The notes under the pieces were generated by a model. It was given only the letters and a program-made list of their open reading frames with translations, searched no databases and was not told the origin of the DNA. A stretch of 21,612 nucleotides of DNA, taken from NCBI GenBank assembly GCA_965225945.1, contig CBDDBZ010000012.1, positions 1 to 21,612 of the forward strand, written 5' to 3'. Of the stretch, positions 1 to 9,067 are shown piece by piece (positions within the stretch are counted from its first letter, which is position 1; each line of letters begins with the position of its first letter). This DNA comes from Alphaproteobacteria bacterium (lineage in GTDB: Bacteria > Pseudomonadota > Alphaproteobacteria > GCA-2731375). The translations under genes and the position numbers were made by a program.

Positions 1-318
1 GTCGCCCGAGATGCCGGGCTCGCGGCGCAATGGCTCGCCAAGGCGGCGGCCAAGGGCGTGGCGGCAGCGCAAAACAACCTCGGCTATCTCTACGCCACCG
101 GTGAGGGCGTGCCAGCCGACCTGGTGGAAGCGCACAAGTGGTTCTCGCTCGCCGCCTCGGCCGGCCATCCCCGCGCCCGCGCCAACCGCGAGGCGGTCGC
201 CGCGCAGCTCTCCGAGGCGCAGAAATCGGCTGCCCGAAAGCGCGCCCGCGACTGGCTCGCCGAACGCCGACGCGCCAACGCCCGCAAGGGCGAGGCGTCC
301 GATGACAAAAGCGAATAG
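1..318 (+). CDS. Sel1-repeat (tetratricopeptide-like) protein, C-terminal part; gene starts left of the window
   Basis: Frame 1 is open from base 1: VARDAGLAAQWLAKAAAKGVAAAQNNLGYLYATGEGVPADLVEAHKWFSLAA, a typical Sel1 repeat (AQxNLGxLYxxGxGVxxDxxxAxxW). Confidence 0.85.
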   Translation, partial: VARDAGLAAQWLAKAAAKGVAAAQNNLGYLYATGEGVPADLVEAHKWFSLAASAGHPRARANREAVAAQLSEAQKSAARKRARDWLAERRRANARKGEASDDKSE

Positions 319-372
319 GCACCGGATGCCGCCGATCGATGACTCGAGCCGTCGCGGCGAGGGTTGGCTAGA

Positions 373-411
373 TTGTTTCGCTGGAATTCAATATTATAAT
401 GAGCATTATAA
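373..411 (+). promoter_or_regulatory. Sigma70-like promoter and palindromic operator of the TA operon
   Basis: TTGTTT (373-378), 16-bp spacer, TATAAT (395-400). A perfect inverted repeat TTATAATG-ag-CATTATAA (394-411) overlaps the -10 box in an AT-rich patch just upstream of the antitoxin. Confidence 0.65.
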
Positions 412-443
412 CTTAGAGCCATTAGGATGAAACGAGAATTGGC

Positions 444-668
444 ATGTTGAAGCTGAAGGTAACGACCGTGGGGACGTCGAGCGGGATCGTTCTGCCGAAA
501 GAGGCATTGGCGCGCCTCAATGTCGAGCGGGGTGATCATGTGTATCTGGTGGAAACCGAGGACGGCTACCGAGTGACGCCCTACGACCCGGAATTCGAGA
601 AGCAGATGAAGCTTGCCGAGGAAGGCATGCAGCGGAACCGCAACGCGCTTCGTGAATTGGCGAAATAG
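444..668 (+). CDS. AbrB/MazE/SpoVT-family DNA-binding antitoxin
   Basis: 74 aa; LKVTTVGTSSGIVLPKEALARLNVERGDHVYL is the swapped-hairpin AbrB/MazE pattern; directly upstream of a Doc toxin. Confidence 0.9.
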   Translation: MLKLKVTTVGTSSGIVLPKEALARLNVERGDHVYLVETEDGYRVTPYDPEFEKQMKLAEEGMQRNRNALRELAK

Positions 669-679
669 GCTCGACTCGA

Positions 680-1072
680 TTGCAACCGACATGGCTCGAT
701 AAGGCCGTGCTCATAGCGGTCCATGAGCGCTCGATCGCGGAATATGGCGGGTCGCCGGGCATGCGGGACGAAGCCTTGCTGGAAAGCGCGCTGGCACGAC
801 CTCGCCAGCTGTTGGCGTATGGGGCATCCCCCACAGTTTTCGATTTGGCTGCGGCTTATGCCCATGGGATCACGAGAAATCATCCCTTCGTGGACGGAAA
901 CAAGCGAACCGGCTTCCTCGCGGCCTACATAATCCTTGCAAGCAACGGACTGGATCCGCGCATGGGGGAAACGGACGTGGTGCATTTCATGACGGGAGTC
1001 GCCGAAGGCGGCGTGGGCGAAGCGGAACTCGCGGCTTGGCTCGCCCGGACCTGCGTGAAACGGGAAGCGTGA
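680..1072 (+). CDS. doc: Type II TA toxin, death-on-curing (Doc/Fic) family
   Basis: 130 aa; GGSPGMRDEALLESALARP and catalytic motif HPFVDGNKRT (Doc-type Lys); TTG start. Confidence 0.9.
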   Translation: MQPTWLDKAVLIAVHERSIAEYGGSPGMRDEALLESALARPRQLLAYGASPTVFDLAAAYAHGITRNHPFVDGNKRTGFLAAYIILASNGLDPRMGETDVVHFMTGVAEGGVGEAELAAWLARTCVKREA

Positions 1073-1074
1073 GC

Positions 1075-1324
1075 GGCCGGGATTCTGTCGGCGGCGTGAA
1101 CTCGGGCGCCATGACGGCGTTCGCATCCATCGTGACGGCCCAGCGGATATCCTTTACCGGCCCATGCTCCGGGTCGATCTCGAAATCATGCACCGCCCGT
1201 TCCGAGGGGAAACCAACCACGACCACGCCCCTGGCCGGCTTCCCCCGCGGCGCCACGGCATCGAATTCCACCACCAACACCTCGCAACCGTGCATTTCCA
1301 GAACCGGATGAAGTCGGCGTTCAT
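1075..1324 (-). pseudogene. Degenerate DUF1330-like small protein
   Basis: ATG at 1324 overlaps the phosphatase stop (ATGA) and reads MNADFI. After a frame change it reads PVLEMHGCEVLVV...RGVVVVGFPSERAVHDFEIDPEHGPVKDIR, resembling DUF1330 (VVIEFPS...A...PEY...R). No clean stop before the doc 3' end. Confidence 0.45.
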
Positions 1325-1962
1325 TTTCGCTCTCCCTCCGGTTCCGTACCGGCATGCGGCGCCGCGATCCGTTCCCAGCTCCGCGCCTCGCCGGCATCGA
1401 GAGCCGTCGTCCGCCAATGGGGCGAGGTCGCGTCGGGCGGGACGTGGCGCACCGCCACGCCGTTCGGGATCGTGCCGTCCATCGACAGCGGCGCGTAGCG
1501 CTGCACCGACCAATAGACCCCGCCGTGGCCGACGATCAACACCGGTCCTGGATGGCTCAGCGCCGTATTCACGGCGGCCAGCGCGCGGGCCATGAAGGCC
1601 TCGTAGGGCTCGACCCCGACGGGCGCGGCGCCCGCCAGCCATTCCCGCCACCACTCGCCGATGTGTTGGCCCTCGAACGCGCCGAAGTCGATTTCGCCGA
1701 GCCCGTCGATGACGACGATCGGCGCCTCGAGGGCGCACCTGACGATCTCCGCCGTCTCCCGCGCGCGGCTGAGCGGACTCGCACAGATGGTGGCGACATG
1801 AACTCCCGCGAGCACCCCCCGCGCCGCCCGGGCCTGCCGCCTGCCCTCGGCGTTCAGCGGGATATCGGCCGAGCCCTGGCAAAGCCGCAGCCGGTTCCAC
1901 TCGGTTTCGCCGTGGCGCAGGTAATAGAACGGCTTCGGCGCCAGCGCCGGCGCCTCAGACAT
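1321..1962 (-). CDS. Histidine phosphatase (phosphoglycerate mutase-like) family protein
   Basis: RHGETEWN motif, SPLSRARETA, EIDFG, VGHGG. Confidence 0.92.
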   Translation of the reverse strand: MSEAPALAPKPFYYLRHGETEWNRLRLCQGSADIPLNAEGRRQARAARGVLAGVHVATICASPLSRARETAEIVRCALEAPIVVIDGLGEIDFGAFEGQHIGEWWREWLAGAAPVGVEPYEAFMARALAAVNTALSHPGPVLIVGHGGVYWSVQRYAPLSMDGTIPNGVAVRHVPPDATSPHWRTTALDAGEARSWERIAAPHAGTEPEGERK

Positions 1963-2659
1963 CGAGGCCCAGCCGTTCCCGGCCGATCGCGCGGGCCACT
2001 TCGCGCCGCTTCGCCGTCAACCCCGACGCCGCCTCGCGGAGATGCGCCAGCGTTTCCGGGCTCGCCTTGTCCGGGGCGCCGCAATCGAGGTGTGGCGCCG
2101 GATCATATTCGATTTGCAGTTGGATCCGACGTGCAGCCTCCTCGCCGTGCACCAGCGCCGCCAGCCGGAGGGCAAAATCGATTCCGGCCGAGACCCCGGC
2201 GCCGGTGACGACGTTGCCGTCAACGACGACGCGTTCGGCTACCGGTTCGGCGCCGAGCAGCGCCAAGAGATCCAGCGCCGTCCAATGGGTCGTCGCCCGC
2301 TTGCCCCGGAGCAGCCCCGCCGCGCCCAACACCAGCGAGCCGGTGCAGACCGAGGTGATCCACTGGGCGCCCTCGCCGAGGCGGCGAACCGCCGCCAGCA
2401 GGCCTGCGTCGCCCATCGCCTCCAACTGGCCGGGCCCGCCGGGAACGAACAGAATGTCGGTCTCCCGACAGTCGTCGAACGTCGTGGTCGGCGTCAAGGC
2501 GAGGCCACGGTCCGAGACCACGGGGATGAGATCATGCGAGAGCAGCGCCACCTCGCTCTCCGGCATCCGCGCCATCACCTCGAACGGGCCCGTCAGGTCG
2601 AGCTGCGTAAGGCGGGGAAACAAAACCATGGCGATGCGCATCGCACTCGCCTTTTCCAT
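1955..2659 (-). CDS. DJ-1/PfpI family protein (isonitrile hydratase-like)
   Basis: TQLDLTGPFEV, VPGGPG, nucleophile elbow SVCTG, ATTHW, GAGVSAGID, LQIEYDPAP. Start could be 2641. Confidence 0.92.
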   Translation of the reverse strand: MEKASAMRIAMVLFPRLTQLDLTGPFEVMARMPESEVALLSHDLIPVVSDRGLALTPTTTFDDCRETDILFVPGGPGQLEAMGDAGLLAAVRRLGEGAQWITSVCTGSLVLGAAGLLRGKRATTHWTALDLLALLGAEPVAERVVVDGNVVTGAGVSAGIDFALRLAALVHGEEAARRIQLQIEYDPAPHLDCGAPDKASPETLAHLREAASGLTAKRREVARAIGRERLGLDV

Positions 2660-2704
2660 CCCGGCCCTTTCCCATGCTGAATTCGCCGCGCTTCGACGCC
2701 GCCG

Positions 2705-5170
2705 TCAGTCTGCCGAGGCTTGCTCCGACTCGGACGGCTCATAGCCCTCTTCCTCGTCGCTATAGTGCGCCACGATGAAGTCGCGGAAGGCGGCCGCATG
2801 AAGCGGCCGGCTGATCCAATAGCCCTGCGCCTCGTCGCAGCCGCGCTCGCGCAGGAAGGTGTAGTGGTCCGCCGTCTCCACGCCTTCGGCGACCGCCCTC
2901 ATATGCAGGCCGTGCGCCAGGTTGATGATTGCGGTGGTGATCGAGGCGCTCTCGTTGTCGGCGCTCAGATTGCGCACGAAGGCCTGATCGATCTTCAAGC
3001 TGTCGATCGGGAAGCGCATCAGATAGGCCATGGAGGAATAGCCGGTGCCGAAGTCGTCGATCGCCAGCGAAATTCCCTCCTGGCGGAACTCGTCGAGCAT
3101 CTCGTAAACTCGATCGGCGGAGCTCATCACCATGCCCTCGGTGATCTCGAGCTCGATCACCGAGTGCGGAATGTCGAATTCCGCCAGCATCGACTTCACC
3201 ACCTCGGTCAGGTTGTCGCGCCGAAAATCGGCCGGCGACAGGTTGAAGGATATCTTCAACTCCGGCAACCCGCTCTCGCGCCATTCCTTCAACTGTTCAC
3301 AGACCATCCGCATCACCTTGTTGGTGATCTGGATGATCAGGCCCGACTGCTCGGCGATCGGGATGAAGGCCGCCGGCGAGACCATGCCGCGTTCTTCGTG
3401 ATACCAGCGTACCAAGGCCTCGGCACCGATCACGCGGCCGCTCTGGACATCGATCTTGGGTTGAAAGTTGAGGAAGAGATCGTCATTGGCGATGGCCTCG
3501 CGAAGGTCCACTTCCAGCGCCTTGCGGTCCTGGATCTTCGCGTTCATTTCGGCATCGTAGAGGGTGTAGGTGTTCCGGCCCTCCTGCTTCGCGCGGTAGA
3601 GCGCCAAATCGGCGTTCTTGATCAGCGCGTCGCCGTCATTCCCGTCGTTCGGAAACAGCGTGATGCCGATACTGGTGCCGGAGAATATCCGCTCGCCATC
3701 GATGTCGAAGGGTTGCGAGATATCGTTGACGATCCGTCGCGCCAGGACCTCGACACCGTAATCCGAGTTCATGTTGGTCTGCACAATTGCGAATTCGTCG
3801 CCGCCCAGGCGCGAGACCGTGTCCGACTGACGCACGCAGTTCAACAGTCGTTCGGCAACCTGCTTCAGCAACTCGTCGCCGACCGGATGGCCGAGGGTGT
3901 CGTTGACGTCCTTGAAGTGATCGAGGTCGAGCATCAGTAGGGCCGCCTTGCGATCAACCCGAGTGGCGGTGCTGAGTGCCTCCGCCAACCGCTCGAGGAA
4001 GACGACGCGGTTCGGCAGGCCGGTCAGTGAATCCCGGTTGGCGGCGAGCCTGAGCGCCTCCTCCGATTGCTGCCGCCTCTCGGTCATCCAATTGATGGTC
4101 TTCGCCAAGCGGCCGAACTCGTCGTCCCCCTGGACGTCGATCCGATGGTCGAGATCGCCCCGCGCCATCGCCGTGGCACCCTCGGTCAGCGCATCCATCG
4201 GCCGGACGATCCGGCGGATCAACAGGACCCCGGTGGTGGCGCCGAGGATGCCACCGACCGCCGTCATGATGGCGAGAAAGAGGATAAGGAGCTGGGTCGA
4301 GGTCGCGACTTCCAGATCGGCGGCCAACCGCGCCTGCTCGCCGCGCGACGAGACGACCTTGGCCAGCACCGCATCGAGCCGGGACAGACCCTGGTTGAAG
4401 CCCCGTACTCGCGCGCGGTGGTCGCCCGAGGCCTCGACCACGGCCGCCACCTTGTCCGGCACGGTCACCAACTCTGCCGCCATCGTCTGGTACCAGGCCC
4501 GCTCGGCCTCCGGAATCCAGGCCGGCGCGAAACGATCGGCGAGCGTCCCGGATGCCGCCCGCAACCGCCTCAGGGTCTCCCGATACGGCACGTCGTCGGC
4601 GCGGACATAGGCCGTCATCACGCCCCGTAGCGCCTCGAGCGCCAGGGTGAGATCACGCGCCGCGTCGCGCCGAAAGCGGGCGCCGCTGCCGGTTGCCGAG
4701 CGTTCGCCGTCAAGGAAGGCGTTGGTCCGCTCGATGGCACCACCACTGGCCGAGGCCAGCTCGGCAAGTGCGTTGCGCACGCGCGTCTTGAGCTCCAGCG
4801 TCTCGGTCCCCGCGCGGAGCAACGAAGCCAGACTTTGTTCGAGGTCCGAAGGCAGCCCCGAATTCTCGTCCCGGGCGGCCGCCGAGAAGGTCGCGACGGA
4901 GGCATCGAAGGCCTTGCCCCATTCCCCCGCCGACATCGAGGCGTCCTCCGGCCCGAGCGGCACCGGCGCGCGGATCGCGTCGGCGTTGCGACGAAGCTCG
5001 ACCTGCAGTTGCGTCGCGGTGGCCTGATCCGGGCCGCCGATCTGGGCCGCCACGATCACGTCGTCCATGATCCGCGTGGTCAGCAGGTAGGCCACGACGG
5101 CGGTGATGAAGAACAGGAAGACGAGCATCCCGAAGGCGAGGGTCACCCGTTTCTTGATGCCGATCTTCAT
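2705..5170 (-). CDS. Membrane-anchored HAMP-GGDEF-EAL bifunctional diguanylate cyclase/phosphodiesterase
   Basis: Two hydrophobic segments around a periplasmic region, HAMP (DDEFGRLA), DSLTGLPNR, RLGGDEF, EALVRW, ELEITE, IDDFGTGYSS, AEGVET. Confidence 0.95.
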   Translation of the reverse strand: MKIGIKKRVTLAFGMLVFLFFITAVVAYLLTTRIMDDVIVAAQIGGPDQATATQLQVELRRNADAIRAPVPLGPEDASMSAGEWGKAFDASVATFSAAARDENSGLPSDLEQSLASLLRAGTETLELKTRVRNALAELASASGGAIERTNAFLDGERSATGSGARFRRDAARDLTLALEALRGVMTAYVRADDVPYRETLRRLRAASGTLADRFAPAWIPEAERAWYQTMAAELVTVPDKVAAVVEASGDHRARVRGFNQGLSRLDAVLAKVVSSRGEQARLAADLEVATSTQLLILFLAIMTAVGGILGATTGVLLIRRIVRPMDALTEGATAMARGDLDHRIDVQGDDEFGRLAKTINWMTERRQQSEEALRLAANRDSLTGLPNRVVFLERLAEALSTATRVDRKAALLMLDLDHFKDVNDTLGHPVGDELLKQVAERLLNCVRQSDTVSRLGGDEFAIVQTNMNSDYGVEVLARRIVNDISQPFDIDGERIFSGTSIGITLFPNDGNDGDALIKNADLALYRAKQEGRNTYTLYDAEMNAKIQDRKALEVDLREAIANDDLFLNFQPKIDVQSGRVIGAEALVRWYHEERGMVSPAAFIPIAEQSGLIIQITNKVMRMVCEQLKEWRESGLPELKISFNLSPADFRRDNLTEVVKSMLAEFDIPHSVIELEITEGMVMSSADRVYEMLDEFRQEGISLAIDDFGTGYSSMAYLMRFPIDSLKIDQAFVRNLSADNESASITTAIINLAHGLHMRAVAEGVETADHYTFLRERGCDEAQGYWISRPLHAAAFRDFIVAHYSDEEEGYEPSESEQASAD

Positions 5171-5291
5171 GGCTGGCGGCCTGCCTCAGTCGCCCCCGTT
5201 CGGGGCTCTCTCACATCGACGCCGGCACCCTTCCGGCGTCGATCCGAGCGGGGTCGTCGGCGCCTCACGGGCGTGCCGGCGATGGTCGAAC

Positions 5292-5320
5292 TCTCTACCA
5301 TCGGCCACGAAGCTTGTCCA
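5292..5320 (-). promoter_or_regulatory. Possible sigma70-type promoter for the GGDEF/EAL gene
   Basis: Minus strand TGGACA, 17-bp spacer, TAGAGA; only a partial consensus match. Confidence 0.3.
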
Positions 5321-5339
5321 TTCGAGGCGGGCCCCGGGT

Positions 5340-5734
5340 GATGTACGAGAGTTTGTGTCAGGGGAAAGAAGGAGGGTACTCCGTGGGTTGTCATGATCCA
5401 CGAGAAGGAGCACCCCCCAATGCCGCAAGCAGCGACGATCAGGAGTTTACCGCACGCGTTCGCGATGATGAAGACGATGCGAGGCGAGGGTATCGAATGG
5501 GGCGAGGATTATCGCCAAGTCTCGGCGGCGGCGCTGAAGGATATCTTGGAGGGCCGCATGGCCTCGGAGGTCGACCGTCACCTGGAGGAGATGGCGCGCC
5601 TGGGCCAGGCCGATCGGCGCAACGGGAGCTATTCGCGCTGGCTCCTGTGCGAGCTCGGCGTGATCGAACTCCAGGTGCCGCGCACGCGAAGCTTCAGCGC
5701 GCTCCGGGTGGTGCGGGCCTACGTGCGTCGCGCG
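5340..5734 (+). mobile_element. Truncated IS256-family element (left end plus about 105 codons of transposase from ATG 5420)
   Basis: MPQAATIRSL...EVDRHL...DRRNGSYSRWLLCELGVIELQVPRTR is the IS256 transposase N-terminus; similarity stops after RAYVRRA. Upstream GAGAGTTTGTGTCAG resembles an IS256 end, and GGAGGGTACTCC (5371-5382) can pair with the RBS region GGAGCACCCCCC (5407-5418). Confidence 0.8.
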
Positions 5735-5808
5735 GGCGGCCCTCACCTGCTAGTCTCGCTCCGCGCCTCGGGCGGGGCGGCCAACGGGGAGGGGACGGTC
5801 GAACGGCG

Positions 5809-6654
5809 ATGCATCTCGGAGTCTTCAGCTACAACACGGATTACGGCATTCGCGTCGATCATCTGGCCCGGGCGCTGGAGGAACGCGGGTTCGAATCGCT
5901 CTGGATCGGCGAGCACAGCCACATTCCGGCGAGCCGCGAGACCCCCTATCCGGGCGGTGGCCATCTGCCCCGGCCTTATTACCACATGGCCGATCCCTTC
6001 GTGTCGCTGGCCGCCGCCGCCGCCGTCACCACGGACCTCAAGCTCGCTACCGGCATCTGCCTGGTGATCGAGCGCGATCCGATCATGCTGGCCAAGGAAG
6101 TGGCGAGCCTCGACCAACTGTCGGACGGCCGCTTCATCTTCGGTATCGGGGCTGGCTGGAACGCCGAGGAGATGGAGAATCACGGCACCCCCTTCGAGCG
6201 GCGCTGGAAGGTGTTGAGCGAACGCATCGCGGCGATGAAGGTGATCTGGGCCGAGGAGGAGGCGAGCTACCACGGCGAGTTCGTCGACTTCGAGCGCATC
6301 ATCTCCTATCCCAAGCCGGTGCAATCGCCGCATCCGCCGATCCTGATGGGGAGCGCCACCGCCGGCGGACGCCGCCGCGTCGTCGCCTATTGCGACGGCT
6401 GGATCCCGATCGACGTCCTGCTGGAGGATTTGGGAGGCGCGATCGCCGATCTTCGCCGTCGCGCCGAGGCGGCGGGCCGTGATGGGGACGGGATTTCCGT
6501 TTCCGTCTTCGCCTTCGACGGCGCCAACGCGGACGCGCTCGAACGCTACCGCGATATGGGGGTCGATCGCGTGGTGCTGATCTCGCCCCGCCACGAGGCG
6601 GAGGCCATGGCCTTCCTCGATTCGCTGGCGCCGCTGGCCACGAAGTTGGCTTGA
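5809..6654 (+). CDS. LLM-class (luciferase-like) oxidoreductase, putative F420/flavin-dependent (Rv2161c-like)
   Basis: MHLGVF...EERGFESLWIGEHSHIP, DPFVSLAAAAAVT, LAKEVASLDQLSDGRFIFGIGAGWNAEE, PKPVQSPHPPI. True start is ATG 5809, not 5314. Confidence 0.92.
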   Translation: MHLGVFSYNTDYGIRVDHLARALEERGFESLWIGEHSHIPASRETPYPGGGHLPRPYYHMADPFVSLAAAAAVTTDLKLATGICLVIERDPIMLAKEVASLDQLSDGRFIFGIGAGWNAEEMENHGTPFERRWKVLSERIAAMKVIWAEEEASYHGEFVDFERIISYPKPVQSPHPPILMGSATAGGRRRVVAYCDGWIPIDVLLEDLGGAIADLRRRAEAAGRDGDGISVSVFAFDGANADALERYRDMGVDRVVLISPRHEAEAMAFLDSLAPLATKLA

Positions 6655-6657
6655 ACC

Positions 6658-7708
6658 ATGACGACGACGAAGCCGAACGCGCTCGCGCCGCTCGGCGGCG
6701 CCCAGGCCTGGCGGGGCACCGCGCCGGCGGACTGGCACCATCGCTTGGACCCGACGGCGACGGCGGAGATCGAGGGCGCGCTTCTCCCTAGCGTGGGCGA
6801 AGGCCGACGCGACGACGCTTCCCCTCCCCGCCCTGATGCCCCTGTTGGCGGAGATCCGCGAGCGGCTGGAGACCGGCCCGGGCATCCAGCTTCTCTCCGG
6901 CCTGCCGGTCGCGGACCAGCCGCTGGACGCGCTCCGCGCCCTCTTCCTCGCCATCGGGCGCGGCCTCGGCACGCCCCTGAACCAGAACCGGGCGGGCGAG
7001 TTGATGGCGGACATCACCGACGAGGGCGCGGGCCGCCGCGAGGAGCGCGGCAAGATCGAGACGGCCGATGGCGAGACCTTTCTCGCCTCTCGCGCCCGGG
7101 TGCATTCGAGCGGACGCTTGCGCTATCACACCGACCGTTGCGACGTTACCGCCTTGCTCTGCGTCCGCGCCGCGGCCGCGGGCGGCGTCAACCGCCTGGT
7201 GAGCGCGATCGCCGTCCATGACGAAATGGCGCGCCGCCGGCCCGACCTCGCCCGGCTGCTCTACCAGGACTATTACCGCAGCCGCCTCGGCGAGGAGGTG
7301 GGCGACAACGAGGACTATTACGCGCTCCCCGTCTTCGCGCATTGGCGAGGTCATTTCACCACGCACTATTCGCGGACCTATATCGAAGCGGCACAGTTCA
7401 ACCCCGAGGTGCCGAAAATGAGCCCGGCGCAGTGGGAGGCGCTCGACCTGCTGGCGAGCCTGGCCGACGAGGTCGCTTTCGAGTGGCGGCTGGAGCCCGG
7501 CGACGTGCTGTTCCTCAACAACCACGTCGTCTATCACGCGCGCGAGCCCTACCAAGACAGCGATGAGTCCGGGCGGCAAAGGCTGCTGCTCCGCCTCTGG
7601 CTCTCGGTGGCGAACAGCCGACCCTTGCCGGACGGCCACGGCGTGCTGTTCGGCGACGTTCGCGCCGGCAGGGTCAGAGGCGGCATCGCGAGAGCAGAGC
7701 CCGCATGA
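6658..7708 (+). pseudogene. TauD/TfdA-family Fe(II)/2-oxoglutarate dioxygenase, frameshifted near 6783-6790
   Basis: N-terminus (AWRG...W...L...AEIEGAL) is in the 6658 frame. The rest (LAW...LPLPALMPLLAEIRERLETGPG, YHTD, LEPGDVLFLNNHVVYHAR, RLLLRLWL) is in the 6836 frame. Could be a sequencing indel. Confidence 0.8.
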
Positions 7709-7846
7709 CCTGGGGCGCCCATCGGCCCGGCAGGGACAAAGGCATGGAGGCTCGGCGTATCTCCTCCGACCGCTACGTCCGGGCACGCTCGCCGGCCCAC
7801 CCCTCCTACATCGAAGTGCCAATCATTCCCGCAAGGGACGAGCGAC

Positions 7847-8686
7847 ATGGATGACCTGGAAGGCGCCGTCGCGGGCCATTATTCCGGCGCCGACATCGCG
7901 CGGGGGATCCTGACGGCACTTCGAGAGGCCGGTCACGAGGCTGGGCGGCCGACGCCGGGCGATCTGGCGCCGCTGGACCAGTTTCACGCCCGCGGTCTCG
8001 CCGCGACCCGGGACCTGGCGGCGTTGTTGTCGCCGGCGCCCGGCGCGCATCTGTTGGACATCGGCGCCGGCATCGGCGGTCCCGCCCGCATAATCGCCGA
8101 AGCCCACGACTGCCGAGTCACCGGGATCGACCTGACGCCGGCCTTCGTCGAGGCCGCGCTGGCCCTGACGGAGGCCACCGGGCAGCGGAATTGCGTCGGC
8201 TTCGAATGCGCCAGCGCGCTGGCGCTACCGTTCGAGGATACGAGTTTCGATGCCGCCTATTCGCAGAACGTAATTATGAATATCGCCGATCGGCCCGCGT
8301 TTTACGCCGAGGCCGCGCGGGTCTTGAAGCCGGGCGCGCGGCTGGCGCTTTCCAATGTCGCCCAAGGCGCGGGCGGACCGCCCTATTTCCCCGTGCCCTG
8401 GGCCGAGACCGCGGCCACCAATTTCCTCGCGACGGCGGCCGAAACCCGAGCGGAGATCGCGGCGGCGGGCCTCGAGGTCCTGCATTTCGAGGACATGACG
8501 ACCCCCCATCTCGCCTTTTATGACGAGCAGCGCGAGCGGGTCCGCCGCGAGGGCCCGCCCAAGCTCGGTATCCATGTCCTGATGGGCGAGCGGATGAAGG
8601 AAATGCAGCGCAACAGCGCGCGGAGCGTCGCGGAAGGCCGGGTGCTGACGCTCGAAATCCTGGCCCAAAAGCCGGGTGCCGCGTGA
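7847..8686 (+). CDS. Class I SAM-dependent methyltransferase (sarcosine/dimethylglycine N-methyltransferase-like)
   Basis: LAPLDQFHARG, LLDIGAGIGGPAR, VTGIDLT, LPFEDTSFD, RVLKPGARL, FPVPWA. Confidence 0.9.
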   Translation: MDDLEGAVAGHYSGADIARGILTALREAGHEAGRPTPGDLAPLDQFHARGLAATRDLAALLSPAPGAHLLDIGAGIGGPARIIAEAHDCRVTGIDLTPAFVEAALALTEATGQRNCVGFECASALALPFEDTSFDAAYSQNVIMNIADRPAFYAEAARVLKPGARLALSNVAQGAGGPPYFPVPWAETAATNFLATAAETRAEIAAAGLEVLHFEDMTTPHLAFYDEQRERVRREGPPKLGIHVLMGERMKEMQRNSARSVAEGRVLTLEILAQKPGAA

Positions 8687-8700
8687 GCGGAGGAACGGCG

Positions 8701-8838
8701 ATGGTCGACGATCTCGGATATCGGGCCGAGATCGGGGTAACCACGCCCTCAAGCAACACCGCTCTCCGGCCGGAGTACGACGTGGACCTAGCGCTTGCGC
8801 TCGCCGAGGGTGTGACGAACAGCGGTATGCTCGAATAG
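8701..8838 (+). pseudogene. N-terminal remnant of an arylmalonate decarboxylase / maleate isomerase (Asp/Glu racemase fold) gene
   Basis: GAGGA RBS then MVDDLGYRAEIGVTTPSSNTALRPEYD...GVTN, matching the family N-terminus (LGxRxxxGVxxPSxNTxxxPE); stops after 45 aa. Not in the ORF track. Confidence 0.6.
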
Positions 8839-8896
8839 CTTTCGTGGCCTCGAGCGCGGCAGGCAGGCGCGCGCGCGAGGACGACGGGCGGCGCAT

Positions 8897-8947
8897 GTCA
8901 CAAAAATCTCACAAAACTCCCGAGGTTTTGTGGGGAGTTTTGGTGAC
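8897..8947. repeat. Nested inverted/direct repeat cluster
   Basis: CACAAAAC (8910-8917)/GTTTTGTG (8925-8932); alternative CAAAACTCCC (8912-8921)/GGGAGTTTTG (8933-8942); outer GTCAC/GTGAC; TCACAAAA occurs twice. Confidence 0.6.
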
Positions 8948-9067
8948 TCCGAAACCGGCGGTATTCCGCCACGGCCGGAAAAGTCACACAAACTACCGAT
9001 TTTGAGCGCCTACCGAAGCGGGAACATCTTCACTAACGGCGCGGTGGGATAGAGGGCGATGACTTAG

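Noticed and set aside
5314-5808. 165-aa N-terminal extension of the LLM ORF, or a transposase-LLM fusion
   Set aside because: It is an alternate-frame read-through of the IS256 fragment; the LLM domain begins at ATG 5809 in a different frame from the transposase.
5340-8997. Composite or non-autonomous transposon bounded by AGTTTGTGT (near 5350) and ACACAAACT (near 8987)
   Set aside because: Only a 9-bp match, with no flanking target duplication visible.
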